This document shows, in pieces, positions 32,437 through 32,484 of a DNA stretch of 32,484 nt. The translations under genes were made by a program, and so were the position numbers. Position 1 is the first letter of the stretch, and every line of letters begins with the position of its first letter. Below the pieces are notes generated by a model. The model did not search any database, was not told the DNA's origin, and worked only from the letters and a program-made list of their open reading frames with translations. This DNA comes from Octopus bimaculoides (lineage: Eukaryota), in NCBI RefSeq assembly GCF_001194135.2, contig NC_068987.1, positions 74,274,926-74,307,409 on the forward strand. Direction: 5' to 3'.

Positions 32437-32484
<48 letters not shown>
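32437..32484. repeat. (GT)n microsatellite
   Basis: Perfect run to the window end. Confidence 0.95.

Overview
AT-rich, repeat-saturated animal genomic DNA (intronic or intergenic) with nine N-gaps. The SINE families resemble those I recall from octopus, so an Octopus draft assembly is likely; this is inference, not verified. No host protein-coding gene can be called with confidence, and almost all ORF-track entries are microsatellite or gap artefacts. Supported content: many tRNA-derived SINE copies of about 3 types; a decayed, internally deleted CRE-clade non-LTR retrotransposon with a poly(A) tail (~8190-10274); a heavily deleted Ty3/Gypsy-like LTR element (14368-~15672); two R4/Dong-like RLE retrotransposon 3' ends abutting (TAA)n; mariner, hAT and pogo-like MITEs; microsatellites and a 29-bp minisatellite. 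Two observations stand out. (1) Three 5'-truncated retrotransposon 3' ends, two with R4/Dong-like RLE C-termini, are stacked in one (TACA)n tract inside a SINE, suggesting a (TACA)n-targeting lineage; two of the three share a 3'UTR stem-loop. (2) A canonical non-autonomous Helitron (23061-23830) carries a 280-bp segment identical by eye to sequence 3807 bp upstream that includes an exon-like unit, suggesting very recent local capture or an assembly artefact.
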